This document shows positions 52,592 to 64,000 of a stretch of 64,000 bases of DNA, one piece after another. The notes under the pieces are model-generated. The model saw nothing but the letters and a program-made list of their open reading frames with translations, did not search any database and was not told the DNA's origin. Both the position numbers and the translations under genes were made by a program. Every line of letters starts with the position of its first letter. The stretch's first letter is position 1. Source of the DNA: Lama guanicoe (taxonomy: Eukaryota); the NCBI GenBank assembly GCA_013239625.1, contig MU054187.1:6459757-6523756 (forward strand). Reading direction: 5' to 3'.

Positions 52592-55500
52592 ATGCTCTGC
52601 TTCTTCCTGTGGTAGGAAAGTCTCCCTCACACAGTGTCATTTGATATAAGACTCAAAGAATGAGTTAGCCTGATGAAGAGAAGGAAAAGAATAGTCACAG
52701 AGGAAGACAGTGCAAGAGAGAAGCAGCAAGAACAATTCTTGACTCCGCACACTGCTCAGCCTCCCACCTGAGTCAGAGTTTCTTCCTTTGAATGCTCTGT
52801 GAGTCTCAGAGATGTGACAGGCATCCTGGCCCCAGGACTAGGGAACCTTGTTACGACTGTGCAGCTCACGGCTCATGTGGTTTCTTTGAACTTCTCTTGA
52901 TCTGAACTTTCACTATTGAAGATAAAGAAGCTACTGGCGTTTGGGATGGAACCTTATCCTGGTGCCTGTACTGCATGTTGCAGGATACATAGCATTGCTG
53001 GCCACTGCTCTGTAAACAGTGGCAGAATTCTCCAAATATTGTCAAAAGCAGTAATGACCTCTTCCTATACACATAACCAGATGTCCTCCAAATTGGTGAG
53101 GGAGTGATCCTACCTTCTGCTGAAAAGTCACTGTGAGATCACCAGAATTTCTGCTAACCCTCATCTACCTCATTCTACTTGGATTGTTAAATCCATTCTG
53201 TAAGACCCAATCTCATCTTAATCCATGCTCCCTCCCTCCAACCTTCCCCAGACTTTGGTTTGCTGCAGTCAGTCATTATTTGCGGTACCTATGTATTGCC
53301 TGATGGCCTAGAGAACCATGCAGATGGGTAAGTACCATCCCGTGTTCCTGAATGTGGCTGAAGGAGGCAGAAAATTCCAGCTCTTTCCTCTGGGAATGGT
53401 CTGCATGAGCCAGAACTAGAAATACTCTCCATATGCCTTCGTTGATAGAAAAGGAACAGTTAAGAGCCCATCAACTTGTAGCAGGCAAGGATCAAAGCAA
53501 GAGGGAATATTTGAGATAGCACTTTCCAGAGCCTGAGCATTTAAATTTTTTCCTCTTTTCCTCTTTGGAAATTAAACTGCTGATTTTTCTAAGTTAGCCC
53601 TTCCTGTCTCTGAGATTTTATTAGGATGAACATAGGCAATGAAATCTCCCTACAGCAAAATCCCAAGTCCCAAAATGTATTTTCTCTTCGTGTGAGTATT
53701 AAAATATATACATTATGTGCCTATACACATCTGTAATGCATTTTCCAAGTTCTGTTCTGTTCTGTCCTGAGGAGGAGATTCTGGACCTAAGCTGAAGATA
53801 AATAGATGCTGATGTTTTACTGTGTCTCCTGCAGTGCAGCTGCTGTTCAGTGGTCGCAGTAAATAATAACTCCTGGCTCTAATTGCTTAGAGAATTGCCG
53901 AGTGATAATCTGTGATGTAATTAAGTAAAAGAAACCAATGTTGTCTTCAACCACCTCCATAAAAGAATTCCTTAGAGAGGCGCCAGAGCTCCCGTGAGTA
54001 GAGTCACCTTACAGGGCAAAATGAGCCCTCCCAGCACACTGGCCCTCAGCTGGGAAAGCCAGACAACCCCTTGGTTGATTTTGTTGTTGTTGTTAAATCA
54101 ACTATGTCGAGCCTATGTTTATTCTTTCATGAACCTATAACAAGTGTTATCTTTTGTTTTGCTTCCGAGTCCCAGAATTCAGCAGGGTAAAAAGAAGAGC
54201 TTGTGTTTTGACTGGGGCTCGGGAAGTGAGTCCATGGAACCTTCCAGGCGACTGGTTTCTGAAAAGGGCACAGGGAAGGGCACTGCCACTCTTCTGTCTC
54301 CCTGACATGCCTGATTTGGGCTGAGTTGGGGTCCCAGGGAATGTGCACCTGGGCCCTCTTCTGGAAGAATTCTAGGAATTCCCACATCTCTCTTCTGACA
54401 TGTCTGGTCCCGCCAATTACCTACTACAGGCACAGCACTCAAGGCCCAAGCTGTCTTCTGAAAACTCCAAAAGGGATTTTGCTGCTGAAGTGAAGCACGT
54501 GTTCAGTTCTGGAAGAAGTGAGGTGAGGTCTGCAGGAGGCTTTTCCCCTCTGGGCTGTGGGATATATTTCTTCTGGTTTCAGAAGGATGATCAAGGCACT
54601 TGTCATTATTGTGACTTACCATTACTAAGCATTTTAGGACTTGATCAAGATGCAAAATTCTCCCCACCAGACTTGCCTTCGTGGTGACAAGACCCAGAGA
54701 CAGTGTAAACAGTGGTAAGGGTCTTCTTGAGCCTGGCAGCTCTGACAGTCACGGGAGCCTTGTGTCTTTCTCTCTCTGAGAATCCAGTAACCTTGGCGTG
54801 TCTTGAGGAAGATGAAACAGTTGAAGGGCGAGAGCCAGACAGGGGGATGCCTATCTGGAAACCGGCTAACAAGATGCATTTCTGTCAGAGCAGATTATAA
54901 AGCTATCCTGAATATACTATCTACGAAAATAAGCTTTTTCTTTCCGTTCCATAATGACTTCCTATGGCTCTTTCCTTTTAATCTTTCATGCATTTGATTG
55001 CTTGCTGCTGCTTCAGTAGCTGGTGATTAAGAAGGCTAGAATTTTCAAAAGGGGAAAGGATAAACCAACTTTGAAAACTTCAATCAGATCGAAGACTCTC
55101 TAAATTCAATCAGTGTCTATTAAATCTTCTGATATGAATTACCCATCTTTTTCAGGGTTAACTCTCCTAGTCACAGGCAACTAATTTTATAGCCTTGCAT
55201 CTTCTCTTGGTTTTAAGATCTTGCTATCCTGCCAGAATATATTGATCTCTGTATTAAGTATAGAAGTTTGTTGTTTTTATTGAAGATAGGCAATTTTATG
55301 AATTAATTAAAGTTATGAGATGTTGTATACTTCCAACTCAAGTCACGGGCGTGCCTTCCATGAAATGCAACATTTGTACAGCTGTTTTGCTAATGCACTG
55401 TTTAATTCAAGTTGCCTCACACACTATCATCAGAGTTTGTGATTTTGGAAAGGAGCCTCTTGATTGCAAGAGTGGCTGCAGCACATCATCCAGAGGGAAG

Positions 55501-56761
55501 GACCACAGGAGGATAAAGTCACTCAAAGCAATGTAGTACCATGAGATGGATGTTTTCCTAAAATGTCTCCTCTTTTTATTGTCCAGCTTCTTATCCTGAA
55601 AGTGGCTTTATGGCTGTAAGACCCAGGCAGGCTTAGAGAAAAGAATATTCCATTTCAATTAGTGGCTAGTACGTTACCGTGAACTCCATGCAAGATCTAT
55701 AAATGTCGACTGAATTCCACTGTAAGTAAGAATAAAGTGGCCATCTACATTAATTCACCCACATCAGAAGAGATCTTGCTATTTATGACCCTAGTTAGGC
55801 TGACATGATCAGAGCTCCATTTCTAGTACTAAGTGCATTTTTGCATTCTTGAGACCCTTCCTAGTTTTCACTTTTCTGAAGCTCTTCAGCCAAGGGAGTT
55901 ACCAGAATAGACAAGCATGAAATTAATTTTTCATAGGTGTTTAGTAATAGATGAAAACTCTTAGCTCACTTCCATTGGGGTGCGTTTTCCCTTCTGCTGC
56001 TGCTGCTCCCTGTAGACCCTGGCCCAGTCCCCATCTAGAAAGCTAATGAAATCCCCCTCTTCCTTGCCTGCATTTCAGGCTGTCTTAAAGTGGTGTTTCG
56101 GACCAGTGCTTTCCCAGTGGGCTAAGGATCTTGTGGTATACCAGCATCTCCATCCGTAAACTTCTGTATAGGCATTTATTATTAAGTGTTACAGACTGTA
56201 ATTTTCTTACTGCCTTCATTTATGCCCACACTAACCTTATGTGAATGCAGCCATGGCCTTCTCCTAAACCAAAATCAATCCTGAAGCTTAGTTTTCTTTC
56301 CAACTCTTGCATATATGGTAGTTAGTAGCATATTATTCTACAAATATGAGCCATGATGAAAAAAGTGCTTAAGGACACACATCTGACGTCACTGCCATCC
56401 TTGGTGGTGACAAACATTTAAAATCACTGTACTTGTTTCCATAAAAAACATAGCATTTTAGTGAGGTTCTGTGACCTGAACAGAACCAAAAATTCAGAAA
56501 AAAAGAGATGTTGTCGGTTGCCCCTTATCTAAAACTCTGCACGCAGGAATTGGACCTCAAAAAAATGTTTGAATAATATTAAACACATTATTCTTTTTAT
56601 CTGATGTTGAAGCTTTGAGAGCCAGATATGCCCATATTACAACTAATTATAAAACAATAGGCGTTGCAAGGAATTATATTCTTATGCTAACACAAAACCA
56701 AAAATTGTCTTTACTGACCAGAATAGAATAAAATTAATGGAGATCAAAATTAATTACAAGA

Positions 56762-56843
56762 TTTTTTCTTTCTTTTCCTTTCTTTCTTCCTCTTTCCTTC
56801 CTTCCATGCTTTCTCCTTCCTTTTCTTTCTTTCTTTCTCCTCT
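56762..56843. repeat. CT-rich low-complexity tract
   Basis: Degenerate (TTTC/TTCC)n read directly. Confidence 0.85.
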
Positions 56844-58904
56844 TAAGCATATGAGCTTCATCAAACTGTATGAGGCAGAGTTAAATCCCAGGCTTCTGTT
56901 CTCTGGGTGACTACCCCTGCTAAGAAAAGTCATTAACTAATTTGACTTTCCAGCTAACACTCAGGGTAATAAATTTAAGATTAAGAAAGATCTTGCAAAT
57001 ATTAATCCAACCACAGCAAAGCTAAACATTTTTGTTAGCATCTTCTTTGACCTAATATTTTCAGAACACAGTTTTTTTTGAAAACTTTTCCTTGATTACT
57101 CCACTGAGAAATAAAGATTCATTTGCCTAGATGCACAATGACACATAGAGAGCATCCAGCTAAAACCTGATTCATGTACGAATTTTTAGAACACATTTAG
57201 GAAAATGTATCACCAGAATTCCCACTCCAGAACATTTTTCAAAGACCCTCCATCCTAAAAGAGGAGAAAATAGGTTCACCTGGACAAAACACAATGGATT
57301 TGCACACTTCCCACTGTCCTGCTGCAAAGCAGCGTCACCAAGAGGGGTATCTCTATAATCCATGCAAGCACAAATGCTGCCTCCTATTTGGATGGACTTT
57401 GCAATTCACAAAGCACCTTCACACATATCATTTTGCATAACTCTTGCAACAGCCCTCTACATGGAGGAATGGGAAATCACCCCTGGTTGGACTTTGATCT
57501 TCTGCAGAGTTGCATGCTTGGTGACTGGTAGTCAGGATGCCAAGTCCTTAAGTAAGGGTTCTCTGGCTGTTTTGCCCAGAGGTTCCTCCCATGTCTAGAG
57601 GCCAAAATGCATCAGAAGCATTGCAGAGGGAACATGTGTTTCTCTCCACGTGGGCTTAGGCATCATTATCAAATAAGGGGCAAAGCACTCTCAGTAAGTG
57701 CAAAAATCATGCCATGGTTATTTCACTAATTAACTTTGAAAGAACTTCAAGTGGAATGAAAGATAAAAAAGCATACACAGATACATGTTTCTGCACCTGT
57801 AAATAGCTATTTGGTGTCAAACTATCTGCACAACTATTTTGTGGTTTAAGGAGGACCCTAAAAGTCCCCAAGAAAAAAATTATAAATGCGATGATATTGA
57901 GTGTGAAGCTAAGAGGTTTTAAGATAGAATTGGCCAGAAAGAGTTTTAACTACTAACATTAGCAGACTTCTTGCTGTTACATGCAGAAAAATTAGCATAG
58001 AAATATGCACTGGGATTTCAGAATTGACTAAAAGGCTTCCCACTGCTTTTTCTGAGAAATAGTGTCACTGGCAACCACATCATATTGTTACGTGACTACC
58101 TGATCACATTTAGCCTCTTTTTTCCTATATTAGTCTAGCCCTGGGATCTAGGTTCTAGAATCTCCACTAAAACTTCAAAGCGCAAAGGAGTCACTTCTTG
58201 AATTTAAATATGTCCTTATAGGGAAAGCACATACTATTTTCCACTATTTTCCATCTAATTTGTATTATGCTGTTGACTTGGATTTTAAAGCCACAAGTAG
58301 TGATGCTGGATGCTCAACTCATAAAAACAATACTAGAACTACAAATGAGTCACTTTTCATAATCTCTAATTGCTCAAAATATAATGATGAGTCCCTTGCA
58401 GATAAATCATTAACAAGTTCTAATTTAAATTATCATTTTTTGAGAAAAGTTCTTTACGTTCCATTGGCAGTCTGCAGTTTACACATCGTGCTTTCACATA
58501 CATTTTCAAATATGCACTTTTAATTATCAATCTAAAACTGATCTAATCCATGGCTGACTATATAAATGCTGTGCAAATTACAGAAAAGGACTGAAGACAT
58601 GTAAAGAACCATTTGTCACTTGTTAGTTCATTCTGAGACAAGTGCTAAACGACGCTGACAGAATTGTGATTGTAGGCAATATGAAATGCAATTTCTCCCC
58701 CTTTGGTTGATTAGAGTTAAACAATGTATAAGCCTAAATGAGTTGGTAGAATGAAGAAATTCTGGAAATATCTTCCTCTGTTCTCATCACCATAATTGGC
58801 ATGAAGTTGCTGAATTGTTTATGACGATTTTGGTTGCTTAGAAACCTTGTTAGAAGATTCATGGAAACAAACATGGCAGGTTACAAACTCCAATTTTATA
58901 ATAA

Positions 58905-59395
58905 CTACACATTTTATTTAGAACAATTTTAGATTGACAGAATTACTGTGTAGACAGTGCAGGGGTTTCCTTATTCCCCGCACTGAGTTTCCCTTTTTAT
59001 TAATATCTTACATTAGTATAGTGTGTTTATCACAACAAATGAGCCAAGGTGATAATTATTATTCACTAAAGTCTATCCTTTATTTAGATTTTTTTAGTTT
59101 TTACCTAATATCCTTTTGCTGTCCCAGGATCCCATCCAATATATCACGTTGCATTTAGCCTTTATTGTTTCCTTAGGCTCCTCTTGGTGGTGACAGTTCC
59201 TCAGACCCTAATCACCTGGCTGAGGAAGCATTTGGTTTCTCCACTGTAAAGTCACTCCCTCCAACCCATCACCCCCTCCCCCTTTCCACACTGTCCTCTT
59301 GGAAGGAAGTCGGTGTGTTCAGCCCTCACTCAAGGAGTAAGGAGTTACGTCCCACCTTCTTGAGGGTGGAGCAGTTAGATAAACATTTGGTATTT
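58905..59395 (-). mobile_element. L1MC-type 3' UTR fragment
   Basis: ttttatttagaacaattttagattgacagaa...atcttacattagtatagtgtgtttatcacaac...ctgtcccaggatcccatcc. Confidence 0.75.
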
Positions 59396-60044
59396 TAAAT
59401 TATAAAAAGCTGAGAGGGTTTCACAACTCAAAGATACCATAAATAAGGAAGAGGAAAAAGATGAGGAAATCCACTTGAGCAAACCAAGAAGTAAGGAATT
59501 CAAGATAATGATCAGTTAAGGTATGAGGTGGGGTCGCAGTCCTCAACAGGCGGAAAGCCTCATGACTCGAGACACATTCCATTCAACTTTTAGCTGCCCA
59601 CCCAGTTCCTCTGGAAAAGTGAAGTATTCAAACATTTGGAAACTACAGTGAATTCCAAAATCTTTTTACTATTCTCTTGGGATCACCCCATGAGTATAAT
59701 ACTTTATTCACTGCAAATGCCTATCCATCAATAAGGTTCTGGTCTTGAAAATGCATAAAATGGTTTTCAGGTTTCCAGGATTCAGTGTTTTTTCCTGAGA
59801 GTGAACACACGTGGGTGTGTGGTAGAAGAGGTGCGAGCTCTCATTTACACGGGAGTAAAATGAGACACAGTTAAGTGATTTGCTAAAGATCTTCATAATC
59901 AATGATTTCTATATTTACCGTTCAATGAAAAGGGCTATTTCAAAACTCTCCAAAGATATGCTTATTGTCAAATACAACAGCCCTTTCTCCTTCCTTATTC
60001 TCCTTAATCTTTCTGTTGTTCTTGACTTGGTTAATTACCCTCTA

Positions 60045-60480
60045 GTATTGAGTAGCTGTTCATTTGTAAGAAACCATCCCCAAACTCAGTGGCTTCAAAA
60101 AGTGCTTGAAAATTAGGGCTCACACATCTGTGGGGCAGCTAGAGTTTATCTAGGCTGAGTTCAGCTGGGTGGCTAGTTGGCTGGGGAGTCACTAGTTTGT
60201 GTTTCTCATCCTTTTATTCAGTCTACAAATCCAGCTGTGGCTTTTTTTTTTTTTAATCATGGCAATGGAAGAAGGTAAGAGAACAAGTAGTAACATCTTA
60301 AGTCTTTAAGAGCTAGGCCCAGAATTGGCACTGTCATTTCTGTCACACACCATCAGAGCAAGTCACATGACCAAAGAGTGAGAAATACACTCTGTCATCA
60401 ATGAGGTCAACACACAGCTAGTGTGTGGATGTCAGATAAGTGAAGAATTTGGAGGCAGTAATGCGGTAATGCAATCTAGC
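60045..60480 (-). mobile_element. MLT1-type MaLR LTR, apparently within an L2 fragment
   Basis: gtaagaaaccatccccaaactcagtggcttcaaa...ctaggcccagaattggcactgtcatttctg...gcaagtcacatgacc. Confidence 0.7.
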
Positions 60481-61564
60481 ATCTCCTTACTTCTTGAAAC
60501 ACTCTCTCCCATCCCTTTTAAAACATATGGCTATCTTGATCCTCTCACCTTCTATTTCCTTAACTCTTCTTCCTTAAGCCTCAGTACCGCATGTACTTTA
60601 CATAAGGCTTAGCTTTCCTAAGTGTTCTGACCTTTCCATGTGTGTCCTCTTCCTAAGAAAGCTTATCTTATCCGAGATCAGGCTCTCTGATTCCCTACGG
60701 GCCATTTCCAGTTTACCAACGGCCACTTCCATCTTTTCCTTTGGAACTGCCTAAACTCACAACCTTTGGTCTCATGCTCCACTTCAATCATTGTTTCTTC
60801 CCAATACAAAGCTGCATCTGCAGAAAAGGACTTGGGTCTTTAGATCATATTCGATACGAATATAAAAACAGAAACCAAACCAAGCCCTAATGAAAACTTA
60901 CCCTACATTAATAGGAATTTGGCATCTTTAAAAATCAGAGGAGAAGAGATCTAAAAGGAAATGGTAACGATGAGAACAATGTTCAAAACCACTTCCTATG
61001 AAAAATGGTTAAAGTTTCTAATATTTTTTTTAAATCTGGAGATTATATATGGCTTCACAACCACCATGTTTATGTAACTGAAAATGTGTGGTATAGGAAA
61101 GCCTGAGGTTTTTTTCTTTGTAGCAGAACTACACTCAGTAGTGGGTGGATTTGGGGGAGGAATATTTTTGCTTGATACAAGGAAAAAAACTTTAGTAAGA
61201 CGAACTGTACAGAAACAGAATGGGCTGATATGTTTATTTTCCACATGTGTCACTCCTCTCTCCTGAAATAGCTTACTCTTTCTCCCACTTACCCACTGAA
61301 ATCCTATTTATCCTTCAAGGCTTATCCCAAGCTTTCATCCCTCCATAAACTCTTCCTGACTACTCAAATTTTATCAATTCCTTTCAACTCATGTTGCTAA
61401 TTTCCTACCCCAGCCCAACTAAATTAAGGGCTCCTTGAAAGTAGAAATATAACACACTATTTTACAATTTCAAGTACGCAACACAGCTTTCAGCTTATAA
61501 TAGGCATTCAGTAAATTCTTACTGGTTTACTGGGGTTTTTGTTTGTATATTTGTTTTGTTTTTG

Positions 61565-61780
61565 TTTCATTGAAATATAGCTGATTTACAATACTGTGTT
61601 AGTTTCAGTTGTACAGCATAGTGATATGGTTTTTGTTTTGGGTTTTTTTCCTGCAGATTATATTCTATTATAGGTTATTACAAGATATTAAGTAAAATTC
61701 CCTGTGCTATATGTACAATAAATCCTTGATGCTTTTCTCTTTTATATGTAGTAGTTTGTATCTGTTAATCCCATATTTGA
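61565..61780 (-). mobile_element. L1 3' end fragment (cetartiodactyl-type)
   Basis: ttgaaatatagctgatttacaatactgtgttagtttcagttgtacagcatagtgat...ttattacaagatatt...ttccctgtgctata. Confidence 0.85.
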
Positions 61781-62837
61781 TCACATATTTTCTGATTTCT
61801 AATCTAGAATCATTAGAGTTGGTTAGAATTTGAACCAGACTGAAATGCTCAGGAATCTGATCATTTCCTCTGATTTCATGAGAGGACACAGCTTCTGATT
61901 ATAATGATAGCTTGAAGGAAGTACAGATTTTGCCACCACTTGACATCCAAGCTTATATTTTCCTACTTACCAAAAAAAAAAAAACCAAAAAAACCCAAAA
62001 CCAATGAATTTTGAGATACTTTAAGATCTTACATTTATAGCTCAGATAATTTGCTGGGGGAATTAGCAAAATGACTATGCCATCATTTCTTTGTGTCTGA
62101 AAATTATTTAAAACAAAAATCAACTAGCGACTGGGAATATCTGATGTGAAAGAACACACAACACTAGAGAACTGTCACTCTAGTTTATACTCATGTCTAC
62201 CTGTCGTCATAGTTACCGAGGCACTCCAAGCATTTTCCTTCCTGAATCACACTCTGTAAACCTTCAACGAAAGTAAGCTATTCTTATTGCTTAGGTTTTT
62301 TTTTTCTCTATCCATGAATTGACGTTAAAATATAGCATCAATTCCATGGTTGATTTTACACTTCTAGCAAGACTTTAAACATACAAAAGGAATAAGAGGT
62401 TTAATCAGAACAAGTGCCTCTGATTAAGGTCTTTCATCCTGTGTTCAGCAATGATTCATGAACAGCTAGGTACTGGGGACACAACTGTGAGTACGGCCCA
62501 GGAGGCAGAGGCAAGTAAGGGCTGCATTTTAATGAAATGCAATCAGTGCTGCGGTGGAAGCAGAGAAGAAAGACCCATGGAAACACAAAAGAGAGATGCC
62601 TTGTAAACTTTGGGGTGCAGTCAGATCAAAGGCAGGTTTCATCCTGTGATTCTCAAAGCATTGTTCCTGTGAAGTTCAGCAAATGTATCCTGAGTGGCTT
62701 TGGGTCCTGGACAACGGTGTTACCTCCTGGCAGGCTGGGCTCACAGAGCGGTGGAGAGAGGCGGCCAGCGCTTTATGGCAAAGTGCTGTCAACCGCTGAT
62801 ATTCACACGCTGCCTCTCCTTTCTGCTTTGGCTGCAG

Positions 62838-63012
62838 GAACTCCTTCACAGACATCCTCCGCGCCATCCTGCTGTCACTGGAAGTCCTCATTGAAGATCC
62901 AGAGCTTCAGATAAATGGTTTCATTTTAATTATAGACTGGAGTAATTTTTCCTTCAAACAAGCCTCCAAACTGACACCTTCAATCCTCAAGCTGGCCATT
63001 GAAGGGTTGCAG
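62838..63012 (+). CDS. CLVS1: Clavesin-1, next coding exon (175 nt, SEC14/CRAL-TRIO domain)
   Basis: Polypyrimidine tract then CTGCAG|G acceptor (AG 62836-62837). The first G completes the split AGG (Arg) codon, then reads [58 protein letters not shown]. Donor CAG|GTATGT. Phase matches the upstream exon. This frame is absent from the ORF track. Confidence 0.97.
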
Positions 63013-64000
63013 GTATGTTCAACGAATGTAAAATACGGGACTGTATATGACCATGTACTTTTCTCTTATTGCAACCAAAGTCATATTTGTCTTTGAGAAT
63101 GGAAAAAGAAACTTTGATAGAATTCACCTGTGAATACCCCATATTTTTACCTCAGCCTGAGTTCAGGTTTTTTTTTTTTACATTAGCCTTCATTTTCATT
63201 AACGACTCTAAATTATTGTTACCACAGGCACAAATTACCCACTGTAGCAATTATGAATAAAGCTCGGAAATGTTTAGTCAAATCCATCTGAGAGTTCACA
63301 AAAATTAAAACTAGAAAATATCTGCTTTATGAGCAATGCTCTTGTACTGCAGTGGCCTGGGGGCTTTCCAAGGTTTCTAGAAGCATCTTTGTACAAGAAA
63401 ATGCGTCTTGTGGGTCCTCACTCCAGAATGCAACATGCTGAGGGGTTTGTACTAAAGTAAATCATCAGTGCGAAAAATGACCAGTTGTCAGGACTTTGGG
63501 GAAGGGGCTTCTGTGCTGCACAGAGGTTAGGACAGCCCGTCTCTGGGGGTCCCTTAAAGGAACCGGAGACGCTACCAAAAGGAGAGTAACAAACTCAGAG
63601 GGGCAATGCTGCTTAGCTTTCCAGTGACACATTACCATAGTACCAAAAAAAAGAAAGGGCGCAGTTTAGGAAGATTCAGAATCAGCATAGATAAAACTCA
63701 GGATTCTTTCTAATTTTGTAGGAAGACTGAGTCAGCGGGGCGACCCTCCCCCCGCCCTCACTCCCAATAGATGGCACTCACACGCAGCTACATGGATTGC
63801 AAAATATTTGTTAATTCTCTGATCAAACAGTCACTATTCATGCTCTTCAAAGTACAAGACTGGGAAGACCCATTTCAATTACTCATCATACTCCAGTGTA
63901 ATGAGTAATTGATGAGCCTGTTTTTAAAACTCAGGCTGATTCACATTTGGCTCCCAGCAAGTAGGTAGCACTTACTGGGCTTCTGATAAACTTGTTTGTT

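Larger units (their letters stand above)
14367..62837 (+). other. CLVS1: CLVS1 intron between the two coding exons (48,471 nt, GT-AG, phase 2)
   Basis: Joining 14366 to 62838 gives the continuous peptide WDQS-R-NSFTD. Confidence 0.93.

Noticed and set aside
62537..62914. 125-aa ORF overlapping the second coding exon
   Set aside because: It is in a different frame from the conserved CLVS1 peptide and is mostly intronic.
1..64000. CRISPR arrays, rRNA/tRNA genes, operons or other prokaryote-type systems, and the remaining short ORFs
   Set aside because: The sequence is clearly mammalian. I saw no repeat-spacer array or RNA gene, and the other ORFs are short, mostly have non-ATG starts and lack recognisable homology.

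Overview
Mammalian (eutherian) genomic DNA covering the 5' part of CLVS1 (clavesin-1, a neuronal CRAL-TRIO/SEC14 lipid-binding protein) on the + strand. It contains a CpG-enriched promoter and probable non-coding first exon at about 1.8-2.5 kb, the first coding exon (about 13739-14366), a 48.5 kb intron and the next coding exon (62838-63012). The gene continues beyond the window. The rest is ordinary intronic sequence with ancient eutherian repeats (MIR, L2, L1, MER5, MER94, Tigger1, ERV1 and MaLR LTRs) and microsatellites. Repeat family names and orthologue sequences are recalled from memory, not from a search, and repeat boundaries are approximate. I found no new multi-gene system. The most notable observation is an in-frame TAA at codon 17 after the ATG used in the human annotation, while the downstream frame is intact. 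This implies initiation at Met23 behind a stack of uORFs. Other points are two REST/RE1-like sites at the promoter, two local tandem duplications (one probably an assembly artefact) and an unidentified insert splitting an LTR.
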